Assembly: GCA_047602405.1 (NCBI GenBank) | Contig: JASGHJ010000002.1 | Location: 1,408,001 to 1,472,000 of the forward strand | From: Anaeromyxobacteraceae bacterium | GTDB taxonomy: Bacteria; Myxococcota; Myxococcia; Myxococcales; Anaeromyxobacteraceae | DNA length: 64,000 nucleotides | Direction of reading: 5' to 3' | Shown here: positions 41,744 to 52,831 of the stretch, piece after piece | Layout of the letters: each line of letters opens with the position of its first letter | How positions within the stretch are numbered: the stretch's first letter is position 1 | Program-made: the position numbers and the translations under genes | Notes under the pieces: generated by a model | The model's input: the letters and a program-made list of their open reading frames with translations, nothing else | Database searches by the model: none | Told to the model about the DNA's origin: nothing

Positions 41744-43116
41744 CCGCCGGACACCCCCGCGCCGCGGCGGCGTTCCTGAAGGACGAGCCGCGGGCCCACT
41801 GGCACGACCAGGCGCTCTGGTTCGTGCGGCTGAAGCGGGACCGGCAGGCCCAGGCCCAGCCGGACTGGGAGGCGCTCCGCGCGCGCGCCTCCCGCCTCAA
41901 GGCGCACACCCGCGCCAACCTCGCCGGGTACCTCGAGCAGTTCGAGCGCGAGGCCACCGCCCGCGGCGCCGTCGTGCACTGGGCCCGCGACGCGGCGGAG
42001 CACAACCGGATCGTGCACGAGCTCCTCGCCGCGCGCGGCGTCACCCGGCTCGTGAAGTCGAAGTCGATGCTGACCGAGGAGTGCGGGCTCAACCCGTACC
42101 TCGAGGCCCGCGGCATCGAGGTGGTCGACACCGACCTCGGCGAGCGGATCGTGCAGCTCGCGGGGGAGCACCCCTCGCACATCGTCCTGCCCGCCATCCA
42201 CAGGAAGAAGGAGGAGATTGGCACGCTCTTCGAGCACCACCTCCACACCGAGCGGGGCAACGCCGACCCGACCTACCTCACCCGCGCCGCCCGGGCCCAC
42301 CTGCGCGAGAAGTTCCTCACCGCCCAGGCCGGCCTCACCGGCGTGAACTTCGGGGTCGCGGAGAACGGCGCGGTGGTGGTCTGCACGAACGAGGGCAACG
42401 CGGACATGGGCACCCACCTGCCCCCGGTCCACATCGCCTGCATGGGCGTCGAGAAGCTCGTGCCGCGCGCCGAGGATCTCGCGGTCTTCGTCCGCCTCCT
42501 CGCGCGGTCCGCGACGGGCCAGCCCATCACGACCTACACCAGCCACTTCCAGGGGCCGCGGCCGGGCGGCGAGCTGCACGTCGTCATCGTCGACAACGGC
42601 CGCTCCCGCCTCCTCGCGGAGGAGGCCTTCCGCGAGGCGCTCGCGTGCATCCGCTGCGGCGCCTGCATGAACACCTGCCCGGTGTTCCGGCGCACCGGGG
42701 GCCACAGCTACGGCTGGACCATCCCCGGGCCCATCGGCTCGGTGCTCGCGGCGGGCCGGGACCCGGCGGCGCACGCGTCCCTGCCGTTCGCCTCCAGCCT
42801 CTGCGGCTCGTGTGACGACGTCTGCCCGGTGAAGATCCCGCTCCACGAGCAGCTCCTCGAGCGGCGCAAGCAGCTCGTCGCCCTCGGCCACGACCCGGGC
42901 TGGAAGCGGGTCGCGATGCGGTTCATGGGCTGGGTGTTCGCCTCGCCGGCGCGCTACGGGTGGGCCGGGCGGCTCGGCCGGCTCGCGCTGCGGGTGCTCC
43001 CGCGGGCCCTCCTGAACGTCCGGTGGAACGCGTGGGCGCGGCAGCGGGAGCTCCCGCCCGCGCCGCCGAAGAGTTTCCGCGAGCTCTGGCGAGAGGGGGC
43101 CGGCCGTGGCCGCTGA
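41740..43116 (+). CDS. lutB: Lactate utilisation Fe-S protein LutB/YkgF
   Basis: KSKSMLTEE, TDLGE, PSHIVLPAIH, NEGN, SATGQ, CIRCGACMNTCP, SLCGSCDDVCPVKI. Confidence 0.94.
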   Translation: MTAGHPRAAAAFLKDEPRAHWHDQALWFVRLKRDRQAQAQPDWEALRARASRLKAHTRANLAGYLEQFEREATARGAVVHWARDAAEHNRIVHELLAARGVTRLVKSKSMLTEECGLNPYLEARGIEVVDTDLGERIVQLAGEHPSHIVLPAIHRKKEEIGTLFEHHLHTERGNADPTYLTRAARAHLREKFLTAQAGLTGVNFGVAENGAVVVCTNEGNADMGTHLPPVHIACMGVEKLVPRAEDLAVFVRLLARSATGQPITTYTSHFQGPRPGGELHVVIVDNGRSRLLAEEAFREALACIRCGACMNTCPVFRRTGGHSYGWTIPGPIGSVLAAGRDPAAHASLPFASSLCGSCDDVCPVKIPLHEQLLERRKQLVALGHDPGWKRVAMRFMGWVFASPARYGWAGRLGRLALRVLPRALLNVRWNAWARQRELPPAPPKSFRELWREGAGRGR

Positions 43117-43723
43117 TCCGAAGGCGGGCCGCGCGGCAATCCTCTCCGCGCTGCGCGCGGCGGCGCCGGCCGATCCCGGCCTCCCGGGGCCCGCCGAGGT
43201 GGCGCCCCCGCGCTGGCCCGACCACCCCGCGCGGTTCGCCGAGGCGGTCCTCGCCGTGGGCGGGTCGGTGGAGCGCGTCACGAACGGCGCGGCGCTCGCG
43301 ACCGCGGTCCAGGTGCTCGCCGCCGATCTCGGGGCCCGCCGGGTCGTCTCGGAGGTCCCGGAGGTGCCAGGCACCGAGCCGCTCGCCGCGCTCGCCGACC
43401 CGCACCTCCTCGACGGCGTCGACCTCGCCGTGCTGCCCGGCGCGTTCGCGGTGGCGGAGACCGGCGCGGTCTGGCTCCCGGCCGGGAAGCTCCCGCACCG
43501 CGCGGCCTTCGTCGCGGTCGAGCACCTCGCGCTCGTCGTGCCGGCGGACGCGCTCGTGAACGACATGCACGAGGCCTACGCGCGCCTCGGCGCGCTCGGT
43601 GCCTTCGCGGGCGCAGGGTTCGGCGTGTTCGTCTCGGGCCCGTCGAAGACGGCGGACATCGAGCAGGCGCTCGTGCTCGGCGCGCACGGCGCGCGGACCT
43701 GCCGCGTGTTCCTCGTCGGTTAG
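43106..43723 (+). CDS. lutC: LutC/YkgG (LUD domain)
   Basis: AVAETGAVW, VSGPSKTADIEQALVLGAHG. Confidence 0.92.
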   Translation: MAADPKAGRAAILSALRAAAPADPGLPGPAEVAPPRWPDHPARFAEAVLAVGGSVERVTNGAALATAVQVLAADLGARRVVSEVPEVPGTEPLAALADPHLLDGVDLAVLPGAFAVAETGAVWLPAGKLPHRAAFVAVEHLALVVPADALVNDMHEAYARLGALGAFAGAGFGVFVSGPSKTADIEQALVLGAHGARTCRVFLVG

Positions 43724-43925
43724 CGCTTCCGCCCAGCGCACCCGCCGCTCCGCGGCGGGTGCCGTCCCTTCCCCGGGATCCCTGCGTCCTTCCGCCGCGC
43801 CCCGCGCGCCCGCTCGCCGCGCGCCGACGACCGTTCGGCGCTTCATGCCCACCGCTTGACCCGCGTGAACGACGGCGCGTCCGGGGTGTGCTCGGATCCC
43901 GCCCATACCAGCGCCGGGGGCGATC

Positions 43926-44477
43926 ATGCTCGAGACGTTCCGTGCCAGGGCGGAGGCGGTCAGCGCACAGGTGCACCGCGCCGCGGGGAGGGCCGAGGCC
44001 GTGGAGGTCGTGCTCGCGCTCCTCGAGAAGGAGGGCGTCCGTCCGGAGCCCGGCCGCACGGCGGTCTGGGCACAGGGCGCGCTCCTCGCGGGGCTCGACC
44101 GTGCGGCGCTCGCGGCGCGCGTCCCCGGGCTCGGCTTCGAGGTGACCCGGGAGACCGCCGCGGCGGCCCGCGCCGGGGTGACCGAGGTGGACTGGCTCGT
44201 CGCGAACACCGGGACGATCGCCGCGGCCGCCGACGCGGTCGCGCCCCGGCTGGCGGCGTCGCTCCCCGACGTGCACGTCGCGGTGGCCGCTGCCTCGCGG
44301 ATCGTGCCGGACCTCGGCGCGCTCTTCGCGCGGCTCGGGCCGGCGCAGACCCGCTACCTGTCGCTCACCACCGGGCCGAGCCGGACGGCCGACATCGAGC
44401 GGGTGCTGACCATCGGGGTCCACGGCCCGGCGCGCCTGCACGTCGTCGTCGTGGACGACGCGGAAGGGAGGGCCTGA
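43926..44477 (+). CDS. Second LutC/LUD protein (LdhG-like)
   Basis: VANTGTI, TGPSRTADIERVLTIGVHGP. Confidence 0.9.
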   Translation: MLETFRARAEAVSAQVHRAAGRAEAVEVVLALLEKEGVRPEPGRTAVWAQGALLAGLDRAALAARVPGLGFEVTRETAAAARAGVTEVDWLVANTGTIAAAADAVAPRLAASLPDVHVAVAAASRIVPDLGALFARLGPAQTRYLSLTTGPSRTADIERVLTIGVHGPARLHVVVVDDAEGRA

Positions 44478-44479
44478 CC

Positions 44480-46612
44480 ATGCGCCCCGACTTCAAGGCC
44501 GCGATCGCGGAGGCGATCCAGAACCCCAACCTCGGCGGGGCGCTGGGGCGGTTCTCGGAGGCCTACCGGGTGAGCCGGGCGAAGGCGTACGAGGGCCACG
44601 ACTTCGAGGCCCTGCGCGACCGGATCGCCGAGGTGAAGGGCTCGGCGGCGAGGAAGCTCGACGCGCTCGCCGCGCGGTTCACCGAGGTCGCGACCGCGAA
44701 CGGCGTGAAGGTCTTCCGCGCGGGCTCGCCCGAGGCGGTGAAGCAGTACGTGGCGGACCTCGCCGCCCGGGAGGGCGTGAAGCGGGTGGTCAAGTCGAAG
44801 TCGATGGCCTCCGAGGAGATCCACCTGAACGCCCACCTCGAGGCGCGGGGCATCGAGGTGAAGGAGACCGACCTCGGCGAGTGGATCATCCAGCTCGCCG
44901 GGCAGCGCCCGTCGCACATGGTGATGCCCGCCATCCACCTCACGAAGGAGCAGGTGGCGGAGCTCTTCTCGAAGGAGGTCGACGAGCGGCTGCAGGCCGA
45001 CATCCCGTGCCTCGTGGCGGTGGCCCGCGCGCAGCTGCGCGAGAAGTTCCTCGCCGCGGACATGGGCATCTCCGGCGCGAACGTGGCCGTCGCCGAGACG
45101 GGCAGCCTCGTCCTCGTCACGAACGAGGGGAACGCGCGCCACGTGACGACGCTCCCACGGATCCACGTGGCCCTCGTCGGGCTCGAGAAGCTCGTCGAGC
45201 GGTTCGAGGACGTGGTGCCCATCGTGACCGCGCTCCCGAAGAGCGCGACCGGCCAGCTCCTCACGAGCTACCTCACGGTCATCTCCGGCCCCACGCCGAA
45301 CACCGACGGCACGCCGAAGGAGCTGCACGTCGTCCTGATGGACAACCGGCGCACCGAGATGGCCTCCGACCCGAAGTTCGCGCAGGCCATGCAGTGCATC
45401 CGCTGCGCGTCCTGCCTGAACGTCTGCCCGGTCTACCGGATCGTCGGCGGCCACGTGTTCGGGAAGACGTACACGGGCGGCATCGGCGCGATCCTCACCG
45501 CGTGGTTCGACCAGCTGAAGGCCTCCGAGGAGATCCAGGGACTCTGCATCCAGTGCGGGAGCTGCCGGGACGTCTGCCCCGGCAAGATCGACCTCCCGGA
45601 GCTCATCCTCGAGCTCCGCCGCCGGCTCGCGAAGGATCAGGGGCAGCCGGCGGTGCAGAGGGCGATCTTCGGGGTGGTGAACAACCGGCGGCTTTTCCAC
45701 GGCATGCTCCGGGCGGCCTCGGTCGCCCAGAAGCCCTTCGCGAAGCAGGGCTTCATCCGCCACCTGCCGTTCTTCCTCTCGAACCTCACCGGGGCCCGCA
45801 GCCTCCCGGCCATCGCCGAGGAGCCGCTCCGCGACACGATCCGGCGGATCCCGCAGCCCGACGCGCCGGAGAAGGCGGCGCTCTACGCCGGGTGCCTCCT
45901 CGACTTCGCGTACCCGGGGACCGGGGCCTCGGTGGTGAAGATCCTCAACCGGGCGGGCATCCGGGTGATCTTCCCGGAGGGGCAGACCTGCTGCGGCGCG
46001 CCGGCGCGCTACTCGGGCGCCTACGAGGTCGCCGCGAAGAACGCGAAGGACAACCTCGACGCGCTCCTCGCCGAGGACGTGCGCTGGATCGTCTCGGCCT
46101 GCCCGACCTGCACGGTCGCGCTGAAGCAGGAGTTCGCGGCGACGCTCGAGAGCGTGGGGGAGGAGACCTGGCTCGAGAAGGCGCGGGCGGTCGCCGCCCG
46201 GACGGTCGACTTCTCGACCCTGGTCGCGCGGCTCGTCGAGGAGGGGCGGCTCACGCTGCCGGAGGGCAGGCGGCTCGGCCAGCTCACCTACCACGACTCC
46301 TGTCACCTCCGGCGCACGCTCCGGGCCACCGAGGCCCCGCGGCGCCTCCTCGGCGCGGCCGGGCACGAGGTGGTGGAGATGTTCGAGAGCGACATGCGCT
46401 GCGGGATGGGCGGCTCGTACTCGGTGAAGCTGCCGGAGATCTCGGCGCCGATGCTGGAGCGCAAGCTCGAGTGCATCCGCAAGACCGGCGCGCCGCTCGT
46501 CGCCGCCGACTGCCCCGGGTGCGTGATGCAGCTGCGCGGCGGGGCCGACAGGGACGGGACGGAGGTCGAGGTCCGGCACACCGCGGACCTGCTCGCCGAC
46601 GCGCTGGGCTGA
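44480..46612 (+). CDS. LutB-LutA fusion, L-lactate dehydrogenase large subunit (LdhH-like)
   Basis: LutB motifs (KSKSMASEE, CIRCASCLNVCP, CIQCGSCRDVCP) followed by CCG domains (QTCCGAP, YHDSCHL, DCPGC). Confidence 0.9.
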   Translation: MRPDFKAAIAEAIQNPNLGGALGRFSEAYRVSRAKAYEGHDFEALRDRIAEVKGSAARKLDALAARFTEVATANGVKVFRAGSPEAVKQYVADLAAREGVKRVVKSKSMASEEIHLNAHLEARGIEVKETDLGEWIIQLAGQRPSHMVMPAIHLTKEQVAELFSKEVDERLQADIPCLVAVARAQLREKFLAADMGISGANVAVAETGSLVLVTNEGNARHVTTLPRIHVALVGLEKLVERFEDVVPIVTALPKSATGQLLTSYLTVISGPTPNTDGTPKELHVVLMDNRRTEMASDPKFAQAMQCIRCASCLNVCPVYRIVGGHVFGKTYTGGIGAILTAWFDQLKASEEIQGLCIQCGSCRDVCPGKIDLPELILELRRRLAKDQGQPAVQRAIFGVVNNRRLFHGMLRAASVAQKPFAKQGFIRHLPFFLSNLTGARSLPAIAEEPLRDTIRRIPQPDAPEKAALYAGCLLDFAYPGTGASVVKILNRAGIRVIFPEGQTCCGAPARYSGAYEVAAKNAKDNLDALLAEDVRWIVSACPTCTVALKQEFAATLESVGEETWLEKARAVAARTVDFSTLVARLVEEGRLTLPEGRRLGQLTYHDSCHLRRTLRATEAPRRLLGAAGHEVVEMFESDMRCGMGGSYSVKLPEISAPMLERKLECIRKTGAPLVAADCPGCVMQLRGGADRDGTEVEVRHTADLLADALG

Positions 46613-46620
46613 GGACGGGG

Positions 46621-48453
46621 CTACACCTCGAGCCCGACCGCCCGCATGAGGGCGATCGCGTTCGAGTGGCCGACCACCCCGGGGCGCAGGCGGTAGTCGA
46701 AGGCGATCTCGCCGTCGACGACCTGATCCTCGAAGTGCGCGTTCGCGAGCGCGCCCGCCGGGGCCGCCGCGAGCTCGGTGAGCGCGAGGTCGTGCGTCGT
46801 CACGAGCCCGATCGCCCCGCGCTCCACGAGCCCGCGCACGAGCGCCTCGGCGCCGACGCGCCGGTCGTGCGAGTTGGTCCCGTGGAGGATCTCGTCCAGC
46901 AGGAAGAGCAGCGGGTGGGGGCCGCGCGCGAGATCGGCGAGCGCCTTCAGCCGCGTGATCTCGGCGTAGAAGCGGGAGCGGCCCGCCTGCAGCGAGTCCT
47001 GGATCCGGAGCGTCGCCCCGGCCTGGAGCGGCGTGAGGCGGAGCCGTGCCGCGGGGACCACCGCGCCGGCGAGCGCGAGCACGACGTTCGTCCCCACCGT
47101 GCGCAGGTACGTGCTCTTCCCGGACATGTTCGAGCCGGAGACGAGGAGCGCGCGGGGCGCGCCCGCGGCGCCGAGCGCGACGGGGTTCGCGACCGCGCCG
47201 CCGAGGAGCGGGTGGCGCAGGGCCTCGCCCTCGAGGAGCGGCGCGCCGCCCGCCACGAGCTCGGGCAGCACGTGGTCGGGGTGCTCGTGCCGGTGGCCGC
47301 CCAGCGCGGCGAGGGCCTCGATCTCGCCGGCGGCGTCCATCCAGGCCCTGAGCGCGCGGCCGTGGCGGGCCCGCCAGCGCTCGATGGCGGCGGCGTGGAG
47401 CGGTCCCCAGGCGAGCGCGAAGGCCACCGGCGCGAAGAGCTGGTTCCTGCCCCACTCGAGGCGCAACACGAGCGCGACGAGGCGGGAGATGGCCAGCGAC
47501 GCGGGGAGCTCGCCGGCGGCCCCGGCGCGGGCAGGGCGCAGGCGGGCCGCGAGCGCCGCGAGGCGGGGCTCGTCGAAGGGCTCCCGCTCGAGCCGCGCGA
47601 GGAGGAGCGCGAGCACGCGCAGCTCGGCGGAGGGGCGCTCGACGCCGCCCAGCACCGTGGCGATCGGCGCCTGGAGCGCGCGGCCGAGCGCGAAGAGGGC
47701 GGCGAGGACGACGAGGAACGGGATCGGCCCCAGGTCCAGCCACCCCCACGCGGCGGCGGTCCCCACCGAGGCGGCGGCGAGCGCGAGCGCCGCGGCGCCG
47801 GTCCACGACGGCAGGGCCGGCGGCGCCTCGCCCCACGCGGCGAGCCCCGCGGGCTCGACGCCGGCGCGGACGTCCTCGCCGAGCACCGCGAGATCCTCGC
47901 GCAGGTCGAGGGCCGGCGCGAGCGCGGCCGCGGCGCGCTGCCGCGCGGCCACCTCGGCGGCGCCGGCGGGCGCCAGCAGCCAGGCGGCGAGGCGGGCCTC
48001 GCCGGGGCCGGTGCGCGCCGTGCAGAGGAGCGCGAACAGCGAGGCCGGGCCGAAGAGGTCGAGGTCGGCCGCGTACGGGTGCTCCGGGTCGAGGAAGCGG
48101 TCGCCGGGGTTCGAGCCCGGCGGGAACCCGCCGTCCATGCGCGTGAGCGCGGCCTCGTGGAAGGCGATGGCCCGCCGCGCGCGATCCCGGGCGCGGAGCA
48201 CGCGATCGTGCCGGATCGCGAGCAGGAGGAAGGCGAGCGCCGGGGCGAGGAGCCAGGCCGGGGAGAGCGCCGCGCGCGCGAGCGCCGCCCACGCGACGGC
48301 CGCGCCCGCGGCGAAGGCCACGAGGCGCGCCCAGGCGAGCGCGGCGTCGGCGCGCTCCAGGCCGGCGAGCGTGGCGCGGCGGGCGGCGAGGCGGGTGCGG
48401 AGCTCCGTGCGGGGGTCGCGCGGGGCTCCCTGGGCCTGTCGAGAGGTGTCCAA
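46621..48453 (-). CDS. Membrane-anchored MutS domain V ATPase family protein
   Basis: HPYAADLDLFG, SGSNMSGKSTYLR, SRFYAEI, LLDEILHGTNS, TTHDL; N-terminal TM helices. Confidence 0.9.
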   Translation of the reverse strand: MDTSRQAQGAPRDPRTELRTRLAARRATLAGLERADAALAWARLVAFAAGAAVAWAALARAALSPAWLLAPALAFLLLAIRHDRVLRARDRARRAIAFHEAALTRMDGGFPPGSNPGDRFLDPEHPYAADLDLFGPASLFALLCTARTGPGEARLAAWLLAPAGAAEVAARQRAAAALAPALDLREDLAVLGEDVRAGVEPAGLAAWGEAPPALPSWTGAAALALAAASVGTAAAWGWLDLGPIPFLVVLAALFALGRALQAPIATVLGGVERPSAELRVLALLLARLEREPFDEPRLAALAARLRPARAGAAGELPASLAISRLVALVLRLEWGRNQLFAPVAFALAWGPLHAAAIERWRARHGRALRAWMDAAGEIEALAALGGHRHEHPDHVLPELVAGGAPLLEGEALRHPLLGGAVANPVALGAAGAPRALLVSGSNMSGKSTYLRTVGTNVVLALAGAVVPAARLRLTPLQAGATLRIQDSLQAGRSRFYAEITRLKALADLARGPHPLLFLLDEILHGTNSHDRRVGAEALVRGLVERGAIGLVTTHDLALTELAAAPAGALANAHFEDQVVDGEIAFDYRLRPGVVGHSNAIALMRAVGLEV

Positions 48454-48483
48454 GCGCCCGGAAGCTAACCCGGGAGGCGCACC

Positions 48484-50438
48484 TCAGGCCACCGTGGCGG
48501 GGGCCGGGGCACGCCGCTCGGCCGCCGACGCCGCGGAGGCCGGGGCCTGCGGCGGCAGGCGCGGCTTCAGCTCGTCGACCGAGAGGCCCAGCCCGATGGC
48601 GCCCTGCTCGAGCCAGGCGTGCTCGCCGGCGAGCACCTGCCGGCCCACCGCGTAGGCGGCCGCGTCGTCGTTCGCCCAGAGCGCCTCGAAGAGCCCCAGC
48701 ACCTTGCGGGTCGACTGCCGGCAGAACTGCGCGGCGAGCCGGGAGGCCTGGGCGGCGTCGGGGTGCCCCGCCTTCCTCAGCGCCTCGGCCCGGGCCACCG
48801 AGGCGGTCATGGCGAAGAGCTCGTTCGCGACGTCGACCGTGCGGAACAGGAAGGCTTGCTTGCGCTCCGCGGCGGCGCCGAAGACCACCATGCCGTGGAA
48901 GATCTCGCGGGCGAGCTTGCGCGCCGAGCGCTCGACGAAGCGCAGGTGGCGGGCGAGCCCGCCGAAGCCGGAGAACCGCGGCGCGAGGAGGCCGCGGAAC
49001 CAGAGCCCGAGGTACCAGGTCACGTAGAAGAGGCCGATGCGCGGCAGGGACGCGAGCTTCTTCGAGATCGGCACCTTCGGGTCGATGAGCCCGCCCGCGA
49101 CCTCGAGGTGCTTGTCCACGGCCTCGCGGGCCATGAAGAGGTGCATGATCTCGGAGGAGCCCTCGAAGATGAGGTTGATGCGGCAGTCGCGCATCCAGCG
49201 CTCGACCGGGGTGGGGGCCTCGCCGCGGGCCTCGAGCGACTCGGCCTTCTCGTAGCCGCGGCCGCCGCGGATCTGCATCGCCTCGTCGAGGAGGCGCCAG
49301 CCCTCGACGGTGTTCCACTCCTTCGCGGCGGCGGCCTCGAGGCGGATGTCGTAGCCCTTCTTGTCGGCGAGGTGCTGGCAGAGGTCGGAGACCGCCTCCA
49401 TCGCGTACACGGTCGACGCCATGTCGGCGAGCTTGTGCGCGATCGCCTCGTGCTTGCCGATCTCCTGGCCCCACTGCGCGCGCGCCGCCGACCACTTGCG
49501 GGAGAGCTCGAGGGCCACCTTGCCGCCGCCGACCACGGCCGCCGGGATCGAGAGCCGGCCGGCGTTGAGGGTGGTGAGCGCGATTCTTGAGGCCGCGGCC
49601 CTCCTTGCCGATGAGGTTCTCGACCGGGACCTTCACGTCGGTGAAGCGGATGACCGCGTTCGCGAGCGCGCGCAGCCCCATGAACCGGCAGCGGTGCACG
49701 ATTCTCGACGCCGGGCGTGGCCGCCTCGACCACGAAGGCGGAGATCTTCTGCGTCTCCGGGTGGCGGGCCATCACCACGAACAGCTCGGCGATGGTGCCG
49801 TTCGTGCACCAGAGCTTCACGCCGTTCAGGAGGTAGTGCTTGCCGTCGGGGGTGAGCGTGTAGCTCGTGGCGAGCCGGGCGGGGTCGGAGCCGACGTTGA
49901 TCTCGGTGAGCGCGAAGGCGCTGATGGCCCCCTTCGCGATGCGGGGCAGGTACTTGTGCTTGAGCGCGTCGGACCCGAAGAGCTTGAGCGGCTGGGGCAC
50001 GCCGATGGACTGGTGGGCCGACACGAGCGCGGTGAGGTTCGCGTCGTACGAGCCGAGGAGCCGCATGATCTTCCCGTACTCGACCTGCGAGAGCCCGAGG
50101 CCGCCGTACTCGGTCGAGATCTTCATCCCGAACGCGCCCAGCCGGCGCAGGCCGTCGAGGACGTGCGCGGGGTACTCGCCGGTGCGGTCGATCTCGTCGG
50201 GGTCCACCTCGTCGCGCAGGAACCGCTCGAACGCGTCGTGGAACGCCTTGAACTCGGGGCGCTCGGGCGCGTCGACCGGGTAGGGGTGCACGAGATCGAG
50301 CCGGAGCTTGCCGAGGAAGAGCTCCTTCAGGAAACCCGCGCCCTGCCACTCGGTCTCGCGGGCTGCCTCCGCGACCTCGCGCGAGTGCTGGATGTCGTCC
50401 TTCGTCCGCTCGGCGGCTCCGCCGTGATCCTGCGCCAT
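48484..50438 (-). CDS. Acyl-CoA dehydrogenase, long (VLCAD/FadE10-like) type (apparent +1 indels near 49702 and 49584)
   Basis: SAHQSIG, AFALTE..VGSDP, G.KLWCTNG; middle frame HRCRFMGLRAL; QIRGGRGYE, RINLIFEGSSEI. Confidence 0.9.
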
Positions 50439-50569
50439 GGTGACCCCTCGCTCCGGCCTCGGGCCGGGTGCGACATTCGTGTTGATTCCCTAATCAACCT
50501 AACGCGATGCGGCCACCGTTCCAGCGTCCCCGTGAGGGGAGCGTGGAGGACCCGAGTGATCGCATTGGG

Positions 50570-52508
50570 TTAGGCGGTGCCAGCCGCCCGTTCGACCCGC
50601 GCGCGGAGGTGGCGGGGGTCGAAGGGCTTCTCGAGGCAGCGCTCGCCCAGGCGTCCGGCGAGCGAGCGGGCGGTGGGGCCATCCGGATCCGCGCTCAGGA
50701 ACAGCACGCGCTCGGCGAGGGCCGGGTCGAGCGCCGCGAGCGCGTCGTGCAGCTCCGCGCCGCCCATGCCCGGCATGGCGAGGTCCGCGAGGATGACGTC
50801 GTGGTGCTCGCCCGCCCGGATCCGCTCGAGCGCGTCGCGCGCGCTCGCCGCGACCGAGACGTCGTGGCCCGCCTCGAGCGCGCGGCGCACCGCCGCCGCG
50901 ACGAAGGGCTCGGCGTCCACCACGAGCACGGAGGGCCGGCCCTGCCCCGGGGCGCGGACCGCCTGCGGGCCGCGCTCGGCGGGCGGGAGGATCACCCGGA
51001 ACGTCGTCCCGCGGCCGACCTCGCTCGTGACCTCCAGGCTGCCGCCCATCGCCTTCACGAGGCCGTGGCAGACCGGCAGGCCCAGCCCGAGCCCGGAGCC
51101 GGGCGCGCCGGTGGTGAAGAAGGGGTCGAAGACGTGGGGGAGGTGCTCGGGCGCGATGCCCCGCCCCGTGTCGGAGATCTCGATGCAGACCCGCCCGGCG
51201 CGATTGGTGCGGGTGGCCGCCCGGATTCTCGTGCTCCCCGGGGGCGCCCTCCGGGATTGCCTGCGCCGCGTTCACGAGGAGCTTCAGCACGACCTGCGCG
51301 AGCCGCCCCTCGACCGCACGCACCGGGGCGACCTCCTCGAGCGCGCGCACGAGCCGGGCCCGCGCGCGGACGCGCCCCGACGCGATCGAGAGGGCGGTCT
51401 CGACCACCCGGCGCACGTCGACCTCGGCGAGCTCGGTCCCGTCGCCGCGGGAGAACGTCTGCAGGTCGCGCACGACCGTGCGCATTCGCTCCGCGGCCTC
51501 CCGCGCCTCGCGGAGCGCCGACGCGATCTCGTCGCCGCCCGGCAGCCCCGCGAGCGCCGGCTCGAGCTCCTCGGCGGTGAAGCCCAGGTTCGCGAAGAGG
51601 CTCGAGAGCGGGTTGTTGAGCTCGTGGGCGAGGCCGCCGGCGAGCGTGCCGACCGAGGCGAGCCGCTCGTGCAGCGCGAGGCGGGCCTGCACGAGGCGGG
51701 ACTCCGTGACGTCGCGGAGCACCACGAGGTGGCGGCCCGGCAGGATCCGCGCGACCGCGCCCCACTCCAGGGTCAGGGCGGGCCGGTCGGGGAGGCGGAG
51801 CGCGAGCTCGCCCTCCGCGCGCCCGCGCTCGCCGAGGTCCTGCCAGTGGGCCCGGAGCTCCGCCTGGAGCGCGCGCCACGCGGGTCCGGCGCCCCGGCCG
51901 CCTCCGAGGCCGAGGAGCCGCCGGGCCGCGGGGTTCGCCGCCACCCGCTTCCCGGCGTCGTCGAGCGTCACGAGCCCATCCTGGGTGTGCTCGAACACGG
52001 CCCTCGCCTCGCGCTCGCGCTCGGCGAGGGCCCGCTCCGCCGCGTGCCGGCCGACCGCCGCCGCGATGGTGTGCGCGAGCGTGTCGAGGAAGTGGAGGTC
52101 GTCGCGGGAGGGCATGCGGTCGCCGTCGAGGTGCGCACACAGCACGCCCCAGACGCCGGCGCGCCCCGGGACGACGGCCGAGGCCCGCCCGCCGCCCGGA
52201 GCGGGCAGGGGGGCGCCCGCGCGCGTGCCCACGAGGGCGCAGCGCAGGCGCCGGGCAGGCTCGCGCCGCTCGAGCGCCCCGCCCGCGCCGGCCGCGAGGA
52301 GGTGCACGTCGCCGCGCAGCACGCGCGAGGCGCGGCGCATGGCCTCGGGCAGGAAGGCGTCCAGGTCGGACTCGGAGAGCGCGAGCGCCCCGAGCGCGGC
52401 GAGGGCCTCGTGCTGCTGGGCGCGCTCGGCGAGCTCGCGCTCACGGGTCACGGCAGGACCACCCCCGGCAGGGAGCGCATCGTGGGGCGTGTCCGGGGTC
52501 GCGACCAT
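50570..52508 (-). CDS. Hybrid sensor histidine kinase GAF-PAS-HisKA-HATPase-REC (apparent indel near 51226)
   Basis: GGLAHELNNPL, LLVNAAQAI; next frame DTGRG..FDPFFTT..GSGLGL, ILADLAMPGMGG, KPF. Confidence 0.88.
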
Positions 52509-52831
52509 CGGCCGGAGTGATGTGCACGGACCGGGCGCGGCCCGATACCCGTACGGCGCCCGTGTTTATGCGGATTTGTGGGGAGGTTCTCCCGGGTCAA
52601 GTAGACCTCAGGTGTGGGGATGACCCATCTGACGCACCCATTGGCGCGCCCCGAAGAGGGACGACGCGGTGCGCCTCGACCCGGACGAGACGAGGCTTTT
52701 ACCTTCCGTGCCGCGAGGTCGCACCCCCGGGGTCGCGGGCGCTCCGGGGGTGGGTCCATCTCATGGGTCGACGGACGCACCGTTGAAACGACGCGCGAGC
52801 CGGACGGTCCGACCCGGCTTAGAGTGGCCGG

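Noticed and set aside
46621..48453. Mismatch-repair MutS1 or a defence system
   Set aside because: Only domain V plus TM helices; a widespread stand-alone family with no partner genes here
50481..50498. Canonical FNR box
   Set aside because: Spacer between TTGAT and ATCAA is 6 nt, not 4
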